Counted from the stretch's first letter, positions 49,852-60,044 are shown. The stretch: 64,000 bases of DNA from Bacilli bacterium (GCA_045600585.1 JAZRYE010000004.1:60437-124436), one strand, 5' to 3'. Numbers and translations are program-made. The notes: generated from the letters alone by a model not told the origin.

Positions 49852-49874
49852 ATTTTATAAATAAAATGTAACTA

Positions 49875-50549
49875 TTATTTAGCTAATTTTGATGATCTTT
49901 TATTAGCAAAATAGAGGTATAAAGAGCCAATCAAAATCAAGAAGCCAAGCAATAATAAAATCCAATAAGCACAGCCTAAAAATGGTAATTCGTTTGTAAA
50001 ACCAAATGCACCGGCTTCAGATCCCCAGTTTAAAAAGAAATAAGGGTAATAAGTATTAGGGGCAAATTCCCATTTCAAAACATAGCCAATTCCTGCATAA
50101 ATTGCATAGCAAAGAGGTGGGATAATGACATAAAAAGTATCAGACTTCTTATGTATAATTTTTGTTCGATATAAGAAGAAATCAACAATAGCACTAATTG
50201 GTGAAACAACATGAGTTAGAACATTCTGAATTCTCCAAGCAGTTTTACCCATTGTTGGAGCAAGAACAAAGCAAAATACAAAGCCTGTTAAAGTGATTGA
50301 AACAGTGAAAACTAGTCTTAAAATCTCCCAGAATCTATTTTCAATTTTCTTTATCATTAATACCAAGCCAATAATAGAGACTAAAGCAATAGCAATATTT
50401 GATTGAATGGTAAAATACATAAATACACTTCCACCACCCATAAATGAGTTTCTTCCAGCGGCAGCACTTATAACTGTTCCTATTGTAGCAGCAAGAAAAA
50501 CGATTACCTTTAATATAAAAGAACAAATATTAATAGATTTAGTCTTCAT
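49875..50549 (-). CDS. Polytopic membrane protein (possibly Pr6Pr-family)
   Basis: 224 aa, 6 or more predicted TM helices, FTIQSN motif; function unknown. Confidence 0.5.
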   Translation of the reverse strand: MKTKSINICSFILKVIVFLAATIGTVISAAAGRNSFMGGGSVFMYFTIQSNIAIALVSIIGLVLMIKKIENRFWEILRLVFTVSITLTGFVFCFVLAPTMGKTAWRIQNVLTHVVSPISAIVDFFLYRTKIIHKKSDTFYVIIPPLCYAIYAGIGYVLKWEFAPNTYYPYFFLNWGSEAGAFGFTNELPFLGCAYWILLLLGFLILIGSLYLYFANKRSSKLAK

Positions 50550-50615
50550 AAAATTACCTCGACTAATTGTAAAACAAAAAGAGGCTTTAAGAAATAAAAT
50601 CTTATTTGCCTCTAA

Positions 50616-51245
50616 TTATAAATAATGTTCTAATACGATCCAAATAGCCAACAATAGAAGAATTGAGCCACCAATGATTGATGTAATTTCAAACTTACCT
50701 TTGAATAATTTTTGGAATTGATTTGCTAATATGACACCTATCAAAGAAATAACAAATGTACACACCATAATGATTGAAACATGTAACCAAATCGTTAAAT
50801 TAGTTGACATACCAGCATGAAAAGCAACCCCAGTAGCTAAAGCGTCAATAGCGGTTGCAACACCCATTATTAATACTTCTTTAATTGAGAATTTTTTAAC
50901 TTCTTTTTCTTCTTCAGGCTTTTTCAAATCTTTAATGGCTTCAATTAGCATTTTCCCACCGATATATACTAATAAGGCAAAGGCCACCCAAGTAACGATA
51001 ATTGATAAAATGTTTCCAGCTTTTTCTCCAGCTGCAGCTCCTGCAATTGCACTTATCCCCTCAACAGCCCAATAACCAGCTAATGGCATTAATGCTTGCA
51101 TTACACCAAAGGTGATTGCGATAAATAATGTCCTTTTCTTATTCATATCAGTGTATATCAAACCATCAGTCACACTGACTGCAAAAGCATCCATCGATAA
51201 AGCGATGCCGAATAAAATAATTTGAATAATAATTTCTGGTGTCAT
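50616..51245 (-). CDS. mntP: Manganese efflux pump MntP
   Basis: Duplicated DUF204 halves with LSMDAF / AIDALATG motifs; 209 aa. Confidence 0.85.
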   Translation of the reverse strand: MTPEIIIQIILFGIALSMDAFAVSVTDGLIYTDMNKKRTLFIAITFGVMQALMPLAGYWAVEGISAIAGAAAGEKAGNILSIIVTWVAFALLVYIGGKMLIEAIKDLKKPEEEKEVKKFSIKEVLIMGVATAIDALATGVAFHAGMSTNLTIWLHVSIIMVCTFVISLIGVILANQFQKLFKGKFEITSIIGGSILLLLAIWIVLEHYL

Positions 51246-51296
51246 AAATAAATGTGAATAGATTATATTTATAAAATATTTAGTAAGTCAACACTA

Positions 51297-52712
51297 TCAT
51301 TTGAAAAATTTAACTTCATCTATAAAAGAGAAATCTTTAAGTTTCCACGACCAGTTTTTGTCAGACATTGTTCCTGGTTCATTGAATCTAGCTTTGTCAT
51401 CAAGCTTTAGAAGGTCTTGCATAGGGAAAATTGTTATTTTACTTGGCATATTGTAGATTGCGTTCATTAAGTCTTTATATAGCTCTTTTCCGTTACTCTG
51501 AATTCTATCTTTAATGATTAATTTTTGATATTCATTTAAAGATTTAAACCACGAATAAAATGTTTGATTATCATGAGTTCCTGTATACAAAATTAAGTTC
51601 TTGTTGGACCAATGATGGTAATCGCAAATTAGGAATTGAGTTACGAACATTCCAGGCAAATTATAATGGTCTCTTAAGTCATAAACACTTTGAAATAAAT
51701 CGCCTAAATCTTCCGCAATTAGATCAATTTTTGGATACTTATGATACAAAGTATCAAATAAATCATTTCTCGGACCTATTTCCCATTTTCCATTTTTAGC
51801 ATTTTTACTTCCAAATGGAATTGTATAGTATGTATCAAACGCTCTAAAATGATCGATTCTTAATATGTCACATAATGAGCACAAATAAGAAATTCTATCT
51901 ATGATAAAAGAATAATTATTTTCTTTCATTTTTTTGAAATTATAAATTGGTTGGCCCCATAATTGTCCTTCTTCAGAGAAATAATCTGGTGGGACCCCAG
52001 CAACTAGTGTTGGATTATAATTCTCATCGATTTCAAATTGATCGCGGTGAAGCCAGCAATCAACGCTATCAAAGCCAACATAAAATGGCATATCAGCAAT
52101 AATTTTAATTCGTTTTGCTTTAGCGTAAGCCATTACATGTTTCCACTGTTTAAAAGCCATATATTGCATAAAGCAAATAAAATCTATTTGTTTGATTAAT
52201 GATTTTGGTGGATTATTATGAGAATCAAAATAATTAATATAATATTCATCCCATTCATTCCAACATTTGTTCTTATTTATTTTTTTGAAAACTAGATAAG
52301 TTGCGTATTCAGAAACCCAAGTATTCTTTGTTTTGAATTTTTTTAGGCCATCCATTCCTGTTTTTGAATAAGTAATAAATGCTTTTTTAAGCCATTTTAT
52401 TTTAAAATTATAGACAGCTTGATAATTTACTTTTGTCGTGCCTTTTCTATATTCAGGAAGTTCATCTAATAATCTATCTTCTTTATAAATCATTTCTAAA
52501 GAAATGTATCTTATGTCAATTGCCTTGGAACAGATTGACATATATGGTGAGTTGCCTTCTCCTAAAGGATTTAAAGGCAAAATTTGCCAATATCTATAAT
52601 GATGTTTGCTAAGCCAATCTAAATATCGATAGCAATCATATCCAAAATCACCAATTCCTTGTCCTCCAGGAAGAGCAGATACTGGTAATAAAACACCTAT
52701 ATTATTTTTCAT
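51297..52712 (-). CDS. malQ: 4-alpha-glucanotransferase (amylomaltase, GH77)
   Basis: N-terminus GVLLPVSALPGGQGIGDFG, typical of MalQ; 471 aa. Confidence 0.85.
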   Translation of the reverse strand: MKNNIGVLLPVSALPGGQGIGDFGYDCYRYLDWLSKHHYRYWQILPLNPLGEGNSPYMSICSKAIDIRYISLEMIYKEDRLLDELPEYRKGTTKVNYQAVYNFKIKWLKKAFITYSKTGMDGLKKFKTKNTWVSEYATYLVFKKINKNKCWNEWDEYYINYFDSHNNPPKSLIKQIDFICFMQYMAFKQWKHVMAYAKAKRIKIIADMPFYVGFDSVDCWLHRDQFEIDENYNPTLVAGVPPDYFSEEGQLWGQPIYNFKKMKENNYSFIIDRISYLCSLCDILRIDHFRAFDTYYTIPFGSKNAKNGKWEIGPRNDLFDTLYHKYPKIDLIAEDLGDLFQSVYDLRDHYNLPGMFVTQFLICDYHHWSNKNLILYTGTHDNQTFYSWFKSLNEYQKLIIKDRIQSNGKELYKDLMNAIYNMPSKITIFPMQDLLKLDDKARFNEPGTMSDKNWSWKLKDFSFIDEVKFFK

Positions 52713-52777
52713 AAAAAATAGCCTCGTTTAATACAATAGGCTATTATCAAAATGAATTAAAGTAAAATCGCCAAAAA

Positions 52778-53563
52778 TCAAATAATTTTAAATTTTTGTA
52801 AGATCAATTTGACTCCTGATTTTCGAATATCTTTTGCTCTATATTTAGCGTATTTCTTAGCTTCAGGATTTCCATTTTCCATACAAATGCTATATTCAAC
52901 CGCCTCAAACATAGATATATCTTGAACATCGTCACCAATAGCCATGGCATTACTCTTATTTATATATAAATAGGATAATAGTTTATCAACTCCACGACTT
53001 TTTAAAGATTCATTTGGTGTTAAGTCTACACCATATTTTAAGAATCTATACCAATAAATAGGTTTCGGAAGCAAGGATTTAATCTCCTCATCATGTTCAT
53101 CGGGACAAATCAAAGCAATGCGAGTTATTTTCTGATTTAAATATAATTTATGTGCAGGTTTCTTTTGATAAAATTCTACATAAAATAAATCTGGATAATA
53201 ATTGTTACGATTAATTAAAAAACAATCTCTTTCTTTAATGAATTCAGCGTTATATCCATATTTACGACAAACTTTAACAATTTTCTTTAAATATTTACGA
53301 TCAAAGTAATCAGAATATATTAATTTATCTTGATAAAAGACAGTTCCACCGTTACCGGTAATAAGTCCATCTGGAGTAATTAAATCTAAAATGCCAAGAT
53401 CTTTTAATGAATGATAACTTCTTGCTGTACATAAAACTACTTGGACTCCATTATGTTGAGCTCGTTTTAAAGCTTTTATTGAATCCATATCAAAAACTCT
53501 TTCTGGATGAATAAATATTGTCGAATCGACATCACAAAAAATAATTTTGATATCACTATTCAT
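52778..53563 (-). CDS. Cof-type HAD-IIB family hydrolase
   Basis: Motif I CDVDSTI, C-terminal GDDVQDISMF motif; 261 aa. Confidence 0.7.
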   Translation of the reverse strand: MNSDIKIIFCDVDSTIFIHPERVFDMDSIKALKRAQHNGVQVVLCTARSYHSLKDLGILDLITPDGLITGNGGTVFYQDKLIYSDYFDRKYLKKIVKVCRKYGYNAEFIKERDCFLINRNNYYPDLFYVEFYQKKPAHKLYLNQKITRIALICPDEHDEEIKSLLPKPIYWYRFLKYGVDLTPNESLKSRGVDKLLSYLYINKSNAMAIGDDVQDISMFEAVEYSICMENGNPEAKKYAKYRAKDIRKSGVKLILQKFKII

Positions 53564-54134
53564 TAAATAACTCCATCAACGAATAAATCTTTTTATATTC
53601 ATTAATATTATTAAATTCGTTATCTCTATCGAGCAATATACAATCTACTCCAGCATTAATTGCACATTTGCAGTCGTTTAAAGCGTCACCAATATAAAGA
53701 ACATCTTTCTTATCGATATATCTATTATCTAATTTCAAAGCGGCCAAAATTGGGTCTGGATGTGGTTTGAATTTTGTTTTGTCATATTCGTTGTTTCCAA
53801 CGTAAATAGAAAAGATGTCTAAAGGGATATCAAAGAATCTTAAAATATCTTGAATGTGGCTTTTATTGTTACTAGTAACAATTCCACAATAAATATCGTT
53901 ATCTTTTAAATATTTAATCAAGTTATCGGTATCATGATATTTCTTTGATAATTTTACAGTTTTATCAGTGTTTAAATATTCGCCAATCTTATCAACAAAT
54001 AGTTGAAATTGATCCATTGATCCACCTTTTTCTAAATATGGTTCTAATAATGGCCTACGAGCTAAATACTTAGATTCTTTTGGATCAACATCAATACCTA
54101 CGGCTTTATAAGATTCAACAAAAACATGTTCCAA
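53556..54134 (-). CDS. HAD-IA family hydrolase (phosphatase); annotated start is TTG, and the true N-terminus almost certainly extends upstream (up to 54182)
   Basis: C-terminal motifs VTSN and GDALNDCKCAINAG. The catalytic motif I (KLFDFDGTLFD) is encoded in-frame at 54146-54178, upstream of the tool's start, with no ATG/GTG/TTG between the upstream stop (54183-54185) and this motif. Confidence 0.65.
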   Translation of the reverse strand: MEHVFVESYKAVGIDVDPKESKYLARRPLLEPYLEKGGSMDQFQLFVDKIGEYLNTDKTVKLSKKYHDTDNLIKYLKDNDIYCGIVTSNNKSHIQDILRFFDIPLDIFSIYVGNNEYDKTKFKPHPDPILAALKLDNRYIDKKDVLYIGDALNDCKCAINAGVDCILLDRDNEFNNINEYKKIYSLMELFNE

Positions 54135-54195
54135 TGATGGAATAGTATCAAATAAAGTACCGTCAAAATCAAATAGTTTAGTTTATATTTCTTCA

Positions 54196-54723
54196 TTATT
54201 TAAGTCTTTCTAAAGTGCTTTTTGGTAAAGTTTTCATAATTAATACAGAAACGATAATTTTAAAAATATCAAAAGGAATGTAAGGAACAACGGATATTAA
54301 TAATGTTTTTTCTAAAGAAAAATTTAAATAAAACATCATGAACACTGTTCCGATAATATAAACAACTAATAAGGCAACAAAGCCAGATAAAAACATTCTT
54401 ATCCAGTCATTTTTAATTGGAGAATGGTTGATAAAATGAAAAGGAATAAAACAAATAACAAATGATATAACATAACCAAATGTTGGAGTGATACCAGCAT
54501 TAAAGCCGGCATATATTGGTAAAAATAAACCCAATAATAAATAAGAAGAAGTAATGATGATTTTGTCTAATAATTTTGGAGTGACAAAAGCAATGATAAT
54601 AATAATCAAAAATTGTAACGATAATTTAATATTTGCTCCTAAAGGTATTGAAAACATACCAAGGACACAAAGCATCGCTAGCATAATTCCATCATGTGTA
54701 ATTCTTCTTACTGTATTATTCAT
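54196..54723 (-). CDS. bioY: BioY-family (biotin ECF-type S-component-like) membrane protein
   Basis: 175 aa, 5-6 TM; IKLSLQ and ITPTFGYVISF resemble the BioY ITLQ/GPTGGY blocks. Confidence 0.5.
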   Translation of the reverse strand: MNNTVRRITHDGIMLAMLCVLGMFSIPLGANIKLSLQFLIIIIIAFVTPKLLDKIIITSSYLLLGLFLPIYAGFNAGITPTFGYVISFVICFIPFHFINHSPIKNDWIRMFLSGFVALLVVYIIGTVFMMFYLNFSLEKTLLISVVPYIPFDIFKIIVSVLIMKTLPKSTLERLK

Positions 54724-54726
54724 TAT

Positions 54727-56478
54727 TTACTCCTTAAACGATGACACTCTAAATTGTTGATTGTATAATTTTGCGTATTCTTTATTTAATTTAATTAAAT
54801 CATTATGAGAACCTGATTCGACAACTCTTCCATGATTTATGACAAAAATACGGTCAGCATTTTTAATTGTTGAAAGTCTATGGGCGACAACAATACTTGT
54901 TCTTCCTTCTGCTAATTCGTTTAAAGATTCTTGTATGAGAATTTCTGTTGTATTATCTAAAGCACTAGTTGCTTCATCAAGAATTAGAATAGAAGGATCT
55001 TTAAGGAATATTCTTGCAATCGAAATTCTTTGTTTTTGCCCGCCAGAAAGTTTTACACCTCTTTCACCAACCAAGGTATCAAATCCATGTGGAAGAGATT
55101 GAACATAATCGTAAATATTAGCTTTTTTACTAGCCACAAAAACTTCCTCATCAGTAGCGTTTAACTTGCCATATAAAATATTGTCTTTAATTGTTCCATT
55201 GAAGAGAAAAACATCTTGTTGAACAATACCGATATTGTCTCTTAGAGCCTTTAAAGAAATGTCATTAATATTTATACCATCGATGGTAATATTTCCGCTT
55301 GTAACTTTATAAAAGTTAGGAATTAGATGACAAATTGTTGTTTTACCTCCTCCAGACTCACCAACAAGAGCAATGGTTTCACCTTTTTTGATATCAAAAG
55401 AGACTTCGCTTAAAATCTCATCACTAGTTTCATAGGAGAAAGAAACATTATCAAATTTAATATTTCCTTTTAATTTAATTTCTTTAATTGCGTCTTCTTT
55501 TTCTTCTTCAACTTTCTCATCCATAATATGAGCGTATCTTCTAAATCCAGTTGCGCCATCTTGGAACTGTTCCATAAAAGCCAACAAAGTATTAATTGGA
55601 TTTGTGAATAATGAAATTGAAACAGCGAAAGCTAAATAATCAGATAAATCAAAAGCATTAGTATTAATAGCGATTAATCCACCGCCAACAATACAAGCTG
55701 CGTTAAATAAATCGACAACAAAATTAGTAGAAGAATGATAAATGCCCATTGCAAAGTAGGCTTTCATTCTACTTTTTATATAAGCTTTGTTACCCTTTTC
55801 AAATTTTTCTTGCTCTTTTTCTTTATTATTAAAAGCTTTAGTAACTCTTATACCAGTAATAGAACTTTCTAAAGAAGCATTGATTGTTGCAGTATCTTTT
55901 TTGCTCTCTGCAAACGCTCTTCTTTGGAAATTTCTTGTTGATAAAGAGATAATAGCTAAAATTGGAACGCAAGCAAATATTAGCAAAGCTAAAATCCAGT
56001 TAATTGTTAATAAATATACAAACGCCGCAACAATAGTAACAGAAATAATGATGATATTTTCTGGACCATGATGGGCAAGTTCTGAAATATTTTGTAAATC
56101 GTTTGTCATACGCGACATGATTTCACCAGTTTCATGTTCATCATAATATGAATAAGGTAGATCCTGTAATTTAGCGAACATATCACTTCTCATTTGAGCT
56201 TGCATTTTAACACCTACTTCGTGTCCAAAATAATCGACAAACATTTTTAAACCAAATCTCAACACATAGATTCCAATTAATATTCCGGCACAAATGAAAA
56301 TTTCTTTTACTTGTTCATTTGGAACATATTCACTAAAGATTTTTCTTGTTACTATTGGGTAACCCATACCAATAACTGACATGATAAAAGCAGCAAATAA
56401 GTCCAAAAAGAACATAAGTTTATGTGGCTTATAATAGGCAATAAATCTTTTTAATAAATGTTCACTTCTTTTTTTCAT
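54727..56478 (-). CDS. ABC transporter, fused permease/ATP-binding protein (MsbA-like exporter)
   Basis: 6-TM N-domain; NBD with Walker A GESGGGKTT, signature LSGGQKQR, Walker B ILILDEATSALD; 583 aa. Confidence 0.85.
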   Translation of the reverse strand: MKKRSEHLLKRFIAYYKPHKLMFFLDLFAAFIMSVIGMGYPIVTRKIFSEYVPNEQVKEIFICAGILIGIYVLRFGLKMFVDYFGHEVGVKMQAQMRSDMFAKLQDLPYSYYDEHETGEIMSRMTNDLQNISELAHHGPENIIIISVTIVAAFVYLLTINWILALLIFACVPILAIISLSTRNFQRRAFAESKKDTATINASLESSITGIRVTKAFNNKEKEQEKFEKGNKAYIKSRMKAYFAMGIYHSSTNFVVDLFNAACIVGGGLIAINTNAFDLSDYLAFAVSISLFTNPINTLLAFMEQFQDGATGFRRYAHIMDEKVEEEKEDAIKEIKLKGNIKFDNVSFSYETSDEILSEVSFDIKKGETIALVGESGGGKTTICHLIPNFYKVTSGNITIDGININDISLKALRDNIGIVQQDVFLFNGTIKDNILYGKLNATDEEVFVASKKANIYDYVQSLPHGFDTLVGERGVKLSGGQKQRISIARIFLKDPSILILDEATSALDNTTEILIQESLNELAEGRTSIVVAHRLSTIKNADRIFVINHGRVVESGSHNDLIKLNKEYAKLYNQQFRVSSFKE

Positions 56479-56566
56479 AACGCTTTAACTTTAATTTTGT
56501 AAATTGCTTCTAGCAAGTATAGACAAAATTTCCTTTTACTTAATGTAGAAATTGTTTATTTCTTTT

Positions 56567-57184
56567 TTAGTTATTTTCCTCTTTCTTTGGAAATGCTCTT
56601 TCAAGATTTTCATTCAATCTTAAAAGCAATTGATTATTTAAGTCTTGAGGAGAAACTGTTGCTTGAGCTTTTGCTTTAGCTTCTTCAATTTCAAGAGCAA
56701 TTTCATTTTTGAAGTGTTCAGGATGTTGTTTCTTTAATTTTTCATAAAGTCTTGTTCCTAATTCATCTTCTTCATCAAAATATTCTGGATGTTTTTCTTT
56801 AAGCTTTTTGATGTATTTAATTTCACTTCTTATATAAGAGTTTTTAATTGCTTTTACTACTTTGACTGCAGTAAAAATTGCAATAGCAATGACGATAAAA
56901 TTAATGAAGTATTGTAAGAATGCACCATAATTTAAAGAAATTTGGCTTTGAACAATCACTTCTTCTCCATCAACTATATCGGTAATTTCTGGTCTTAAAA
57001 TCCATTTAGCTTTTGTTAAATCAAAGTTAATTGCTATTGAAAGTAATGGCATAATGACATCATTAACAAGCGAATTAACAATCGCGGTAAAAGCAGAACC
57101 GATAATAATACCTGTTGCTAAATCAATGATATTTCCTCTATTTACAAATTTTTTGAAATCTTGGACTGTGCTATTTGGTTTCAT
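56567..57184 (-). CDS. mscL: Large-conductance mechanosensitive channel MscL with extended C-terminal tail
   Basis: N-terminus FKKFVNRGNIIDLATGIIIGSAFTAIVNSLVNDVIMPL. At 205 aa it is longer than typical MscL; the tail contains KHPEYF / QHPEHF repeats. Confidence 0.85.
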   Translation of the reverse strand: MKPNSTVQDFKKFVNRGNIIDLATGIIIGSAFTAIVNSLVNDVIMPLLSIAINFDLTKAKWILRPEITDIVDGEEVIVQSQISLNYGAFLQYFINFIVIAIAIFTAVKVVKAIKNSYIRSEIKYIKKLKEKHPEYFDEEDELGTRLYEKLKKQHPEHFKNEIALEIEEAKAKAQATVSPQDLNNQLLLRLNENLERAFPKKEENN

Positions 57185-57301
57185 AAATTCTCAAGCTCCT
57201 TAAATATGTCAATATCTTATCAAAGATAAAACGAAATGTATCCATAAAAAATACAGTAATCAAATAATGACTACTGTATTAAATAAAACTTTTTTAAATG
57301 A

Positions 57302-57859
57302 TTAACTTTTAATTTTGACATTAAAGTCTACGTCATTTTGATACTTACCTAAATCAAAATTATCGTCATCAAGAATTGGATATTCTTTACCCCACTTTTC
57401 CTTATTGCTATAAAAAACTTTCCAAGCTTTATAGCCTTCAGAAATATCAAGTAGTTTGTAATTACCACAGCGAATTGGGTTCTTACCAGGCACTTCATTA
57501 TTTTTTAACAATTCGTCCCAATAATCATCAAGTTTATCAAGTAGAGGAATAACATCATTTAGATCATGTTTTCCATTTAAAACTAAGTAGAAACCAGTTA
57601 AACAACCCATTGGTCCCCAATAAATTTTATCTTTCAAGTTTTCTGTAAAAAATGTAGCAGCAACATGCTCAATTGTATGAGCTTCTAAAGGAGTTAATGT
57701 GTCACCAGAATTAGGCTTCTTAAAGCGAAAATCATATGTGGTAACAAAATTATTTTCAAAGCTTTTAATTTCATGAAGATAAACTCCCGGAACTAATTTG
57801 CTATGATCAATTTTAAAAGATAATATGAAGTCTTTCATATTTAATACCTTATTTAACAC
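57302..57859 (-). CDS. luxS: S-ribosylhomocysteine lyase
   Basis: Metal-binding HTIEH motif (AHTIEHVAA) and GCLTGFY block; 185 aa. Confidence 0.8.
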   Translation of the reverse strand: MLNKVLNMKDFILSFKIDHSKLVPGVYLHEIKSFENNFVTTYDFRFKKPNSGDTLTPLEAHTIEHVAATFFTENLKDKIYWGPMGCLTGFYLVLNGKHDLNDVIPLLDKLDDYWDELLKNNEVPGKNPIRCGNYKLLDISEGYKAWKVFYSNKEKWGKEYPILDDDNFDLGKYQNDVDFNVKIKS

Positions 57860-58622
57860 AAAGAATAAATTCTTTACTATGTTTTTTTATTACAATTTCA
57901 CCATCTATTTCAGCAATCTTTGCCCCATCGCAATATAAATATGGAGCATTTTCAGGCGCTTTGTTTGCCTTAATGATAATTGATTCGTTGTCATTAATAA
58001 CTACTGATTTAAATTTAGATAAATGAGGGCAAATAGGAGTAATAACAAACTTAGGCTCATCATATTTTATTGTTGGTCCACCAGCAGATTGATTATAAGC
58101 AGTCGAACCTGTTGGAGTAGAAACAATTATTCCATCGCCATAAAACGAATTTTCTTCGTTGTTTAAAGTTGCTGAAACCTTTATCGCTTTGCCAAAGTTG
58201 CACTTTCCAACAATGAGATCATTAACTGCAAAATAATTTTTATTATTAATATTTACATCAAGCAATGTTCTTTTTGTCTGTTTAAATTTATTAATCTTAT
58301 CTTCAGTTAAGTTATCAACTTCATCTAAGGATAAACAACATAAGTATCCTAACCTACCCGAATTAATACCAATTAGTGGTTTGTTAAATTCAATTGCGGT
58401 TCTTGCACTTCTTAAAACACATGCATCTCCTCCAATTGAAACAATATAATCACTATCAATAGGTTCAAAAGAACTATAACTATTATTTCCAAATAACTTT
58501 TCACTATTCTCTTTAGAGAGAGATAAATCAAATTTTAAAACATCATGAAGTCTATTAATTACTTCACGAGCAGTATTAATTTGTTTTTCATTCATTAAAT
58601 TTGGAATTATAAATAGTTTCAT
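57849..58622 (-). CDS. nadK: NAD kinase
   Basis: GGDA(C) variant of GGDG, NDLIV, DGIIVSTPTGSTAYNQSAGGP conserved block; 257 aa. Confidence 0.8.
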   Translation of the reverse strand: MKLFIIPNLMNEKQINTAREVINRLHDVLKFDLSLSKENSEKLFGNNSYSSFEPIDSDYIVSIGGDACVLRSARTAIEFNKPLIGINSGRLGYLCCLSLDEVDNLTEDKINKFKQTKRTLLDVNINNKNYFAVNDLIVGKCNFGKAIKVSATLNNEENSFYGDGIIVSTPTGSTAYNQSAGGPTIKYDEPKFVITPICPHLSKFKSVVINDNESIIIKANKAPENAPYLYCDGAKIAEIDGEIVIKKHSKEFILCVK

Positions 58623-58630
58623 AAATTTAT

Positions 58631-60040
58631 TTATTTCTTAGATAATACCTCGTCAATTGCTTTTGCAGCTATCTTTCCTGCTCCCATGGCAGAAATAACT
58701 GTAGCTGCACCTGTAACAGCGTCACCACCAGCGTAAACAAATTCACGAGATGTTAAACCATTTTCGTTAACAACAATTCCACCATGTGAATTTACTTCTA
58801 GGCCTTTAGTAGTTGATTTAATTAGTGGGTTTGGAGAAGTTCCAATTGCCATGATAACTGTATCGACATCTAAAACGAATTCAGAGTTTGGAATTGGTAA
58901 TGGCCTACGTCTTCCTTTTGCATCTGGCTCACCAAGTTCCATTTGAATGCATTTAATCCCGTTAACAAAGCCGTTTCTAATGTCTTTTTTATCTTCAGGA
59001 TTATTATATCCTAAAATTTCTATTGGATTTGTGAGAAGTCTAAAATCAATTCCTTCTTCAATTGCATGTTCTACTTCTTCTTTTCTTGCTGGAAGTTCGT
59101 TCATAGAACGACGATAAACAATATATACTTTTTCAGCGCCTAAACGTAAGGCTGTTCTAGCAGCATCCATAGCAACATTGCCACCACCAACAACAGCAAC
59201 TTTGCCGCCTTTCATAATAGGTGTATTAGGTTCATTTAAATAAGCTTTCATTAAATTGCTTCTAGTTAAGAATTCATTCGCGGAATATACGCCTTTAAAA
59301 GCTTCTCCAGGAATATTCATGAAATTTGGAAGTCCTGCACCAGAACCAATAAAAACAGCTTCATATCCATCTTCAAAAAGTTCATCAATAGTTAAAGTTT
59401 TTCCAATAACAACATTGGTTTGAACATCTACGCCTAAGGCTTTTAATGTCTCTACTTCTTTAGCCACAATGCTTTTTGGTAAACGGAATTCAGGAATACC
59501 ATAAACAAGTACGCCTCCAGCAGTATGAAGTGCTTCGAAAACAGATACTTTGTATCCTTTTTTAGCTAAATCACCAGCGCATGTTAATCCAGATGGACCT
59601 GATCCAACAATCGCAACTTTATGTCCATTAGGCATAGGTGCAACAGGTAATTCTTTAGAATTATTATTATGATAATCAGCAACAAATCTCTCTAATCTAC
59701 CAATTCCAACAGGTTCAAATCTAATACCTAAAGTACATTTACTTTCACATTGGCTTTCTTGTGGGCATACACGTCCACAAACTGCAGGAAGAGAGCTTGA
59801 TTTTGATATGATTTTATATGCTTCTTCATAGTTTTTTTCTTTAATTTTAGAAATAAATTCAGGAACACTAATGTTTACAGGACATCCACTTACGCAAGGC
59901 TTATTTTTACAGTTCAAACAACGATTTGCTTCTAAAACAGCAGTTTCTTCTTCATAACCAAGGGCAACTTCCTTAAAATTATGTGCCCTTTCACTAGGAA
60001 GTTGAGTAGGCATTTCATGTTTTTTTATTTCAATAGCCAT
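58631..60040 (-). CDS. NADPH-dependent glutamate-synthase-small-subunit-like oxidoreductase (NfnB/SudA/GltD family)
   Basis: N-terminal Cys clusters for [4Fe-4S], FAD/NADPH Rossmann motifs (VAIVGSGPSGLTCA; VAVVGGGNVAMD); 469 aa. Confidence 0.8.
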   Translation of the reverse strand: MAIEIKKHEMPTQLPSERAHNFKEVALGYEEETAVLEANRCLNCKNKPCVSGCPVNISVPEFISKIKEKNYEEAYKIISKSSSLPAVCGRVCPQESQCESKCTLGIRFEPVGIGRLERFVADYHNNNSKELPVAPMPNGHKVAIVGSGPSGLTCAGDLAKKGYKVSVFEALHTAGGVLVYGIPEFRLPKSIVAKEVETLKALGVDVQTNVVIGKTLTIDELFEDGYEAVFIGSGAGLPNFMNIPGEAFKGVYSANEFLTRSNLMKAYLNEPNTPIMKGGKVAVVGGGNVAMDAARTALRLGAEKVYIVYRRSMNELPARKEEVEHAIEEGIDFRLLTNPIEILGYNNPEDKKDIRNGFVNGIKCIQMELGEPDAKGRRRPLPIPNSEFVLDVDTVIMAIGTSPNPLIKSTTKGLEVNSHGGIVVNENGLTSREFVYAGGDAVTGAATVISAMGAGKIAAKAIDEVLSKK

Positions 60041-60044
60041 AATC

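Noticed and set aside
54196-56478. BioY-like gene next to an ABC transporter, which could have been an ECF biotin importer operon
   Set aside because: The adjacent ABC protein is a fused TMD-NBD MsbA-type exporter. It is not an EcfA/EcfT energising module, so I treat BioY as solitary and the adjacency as coincidental.
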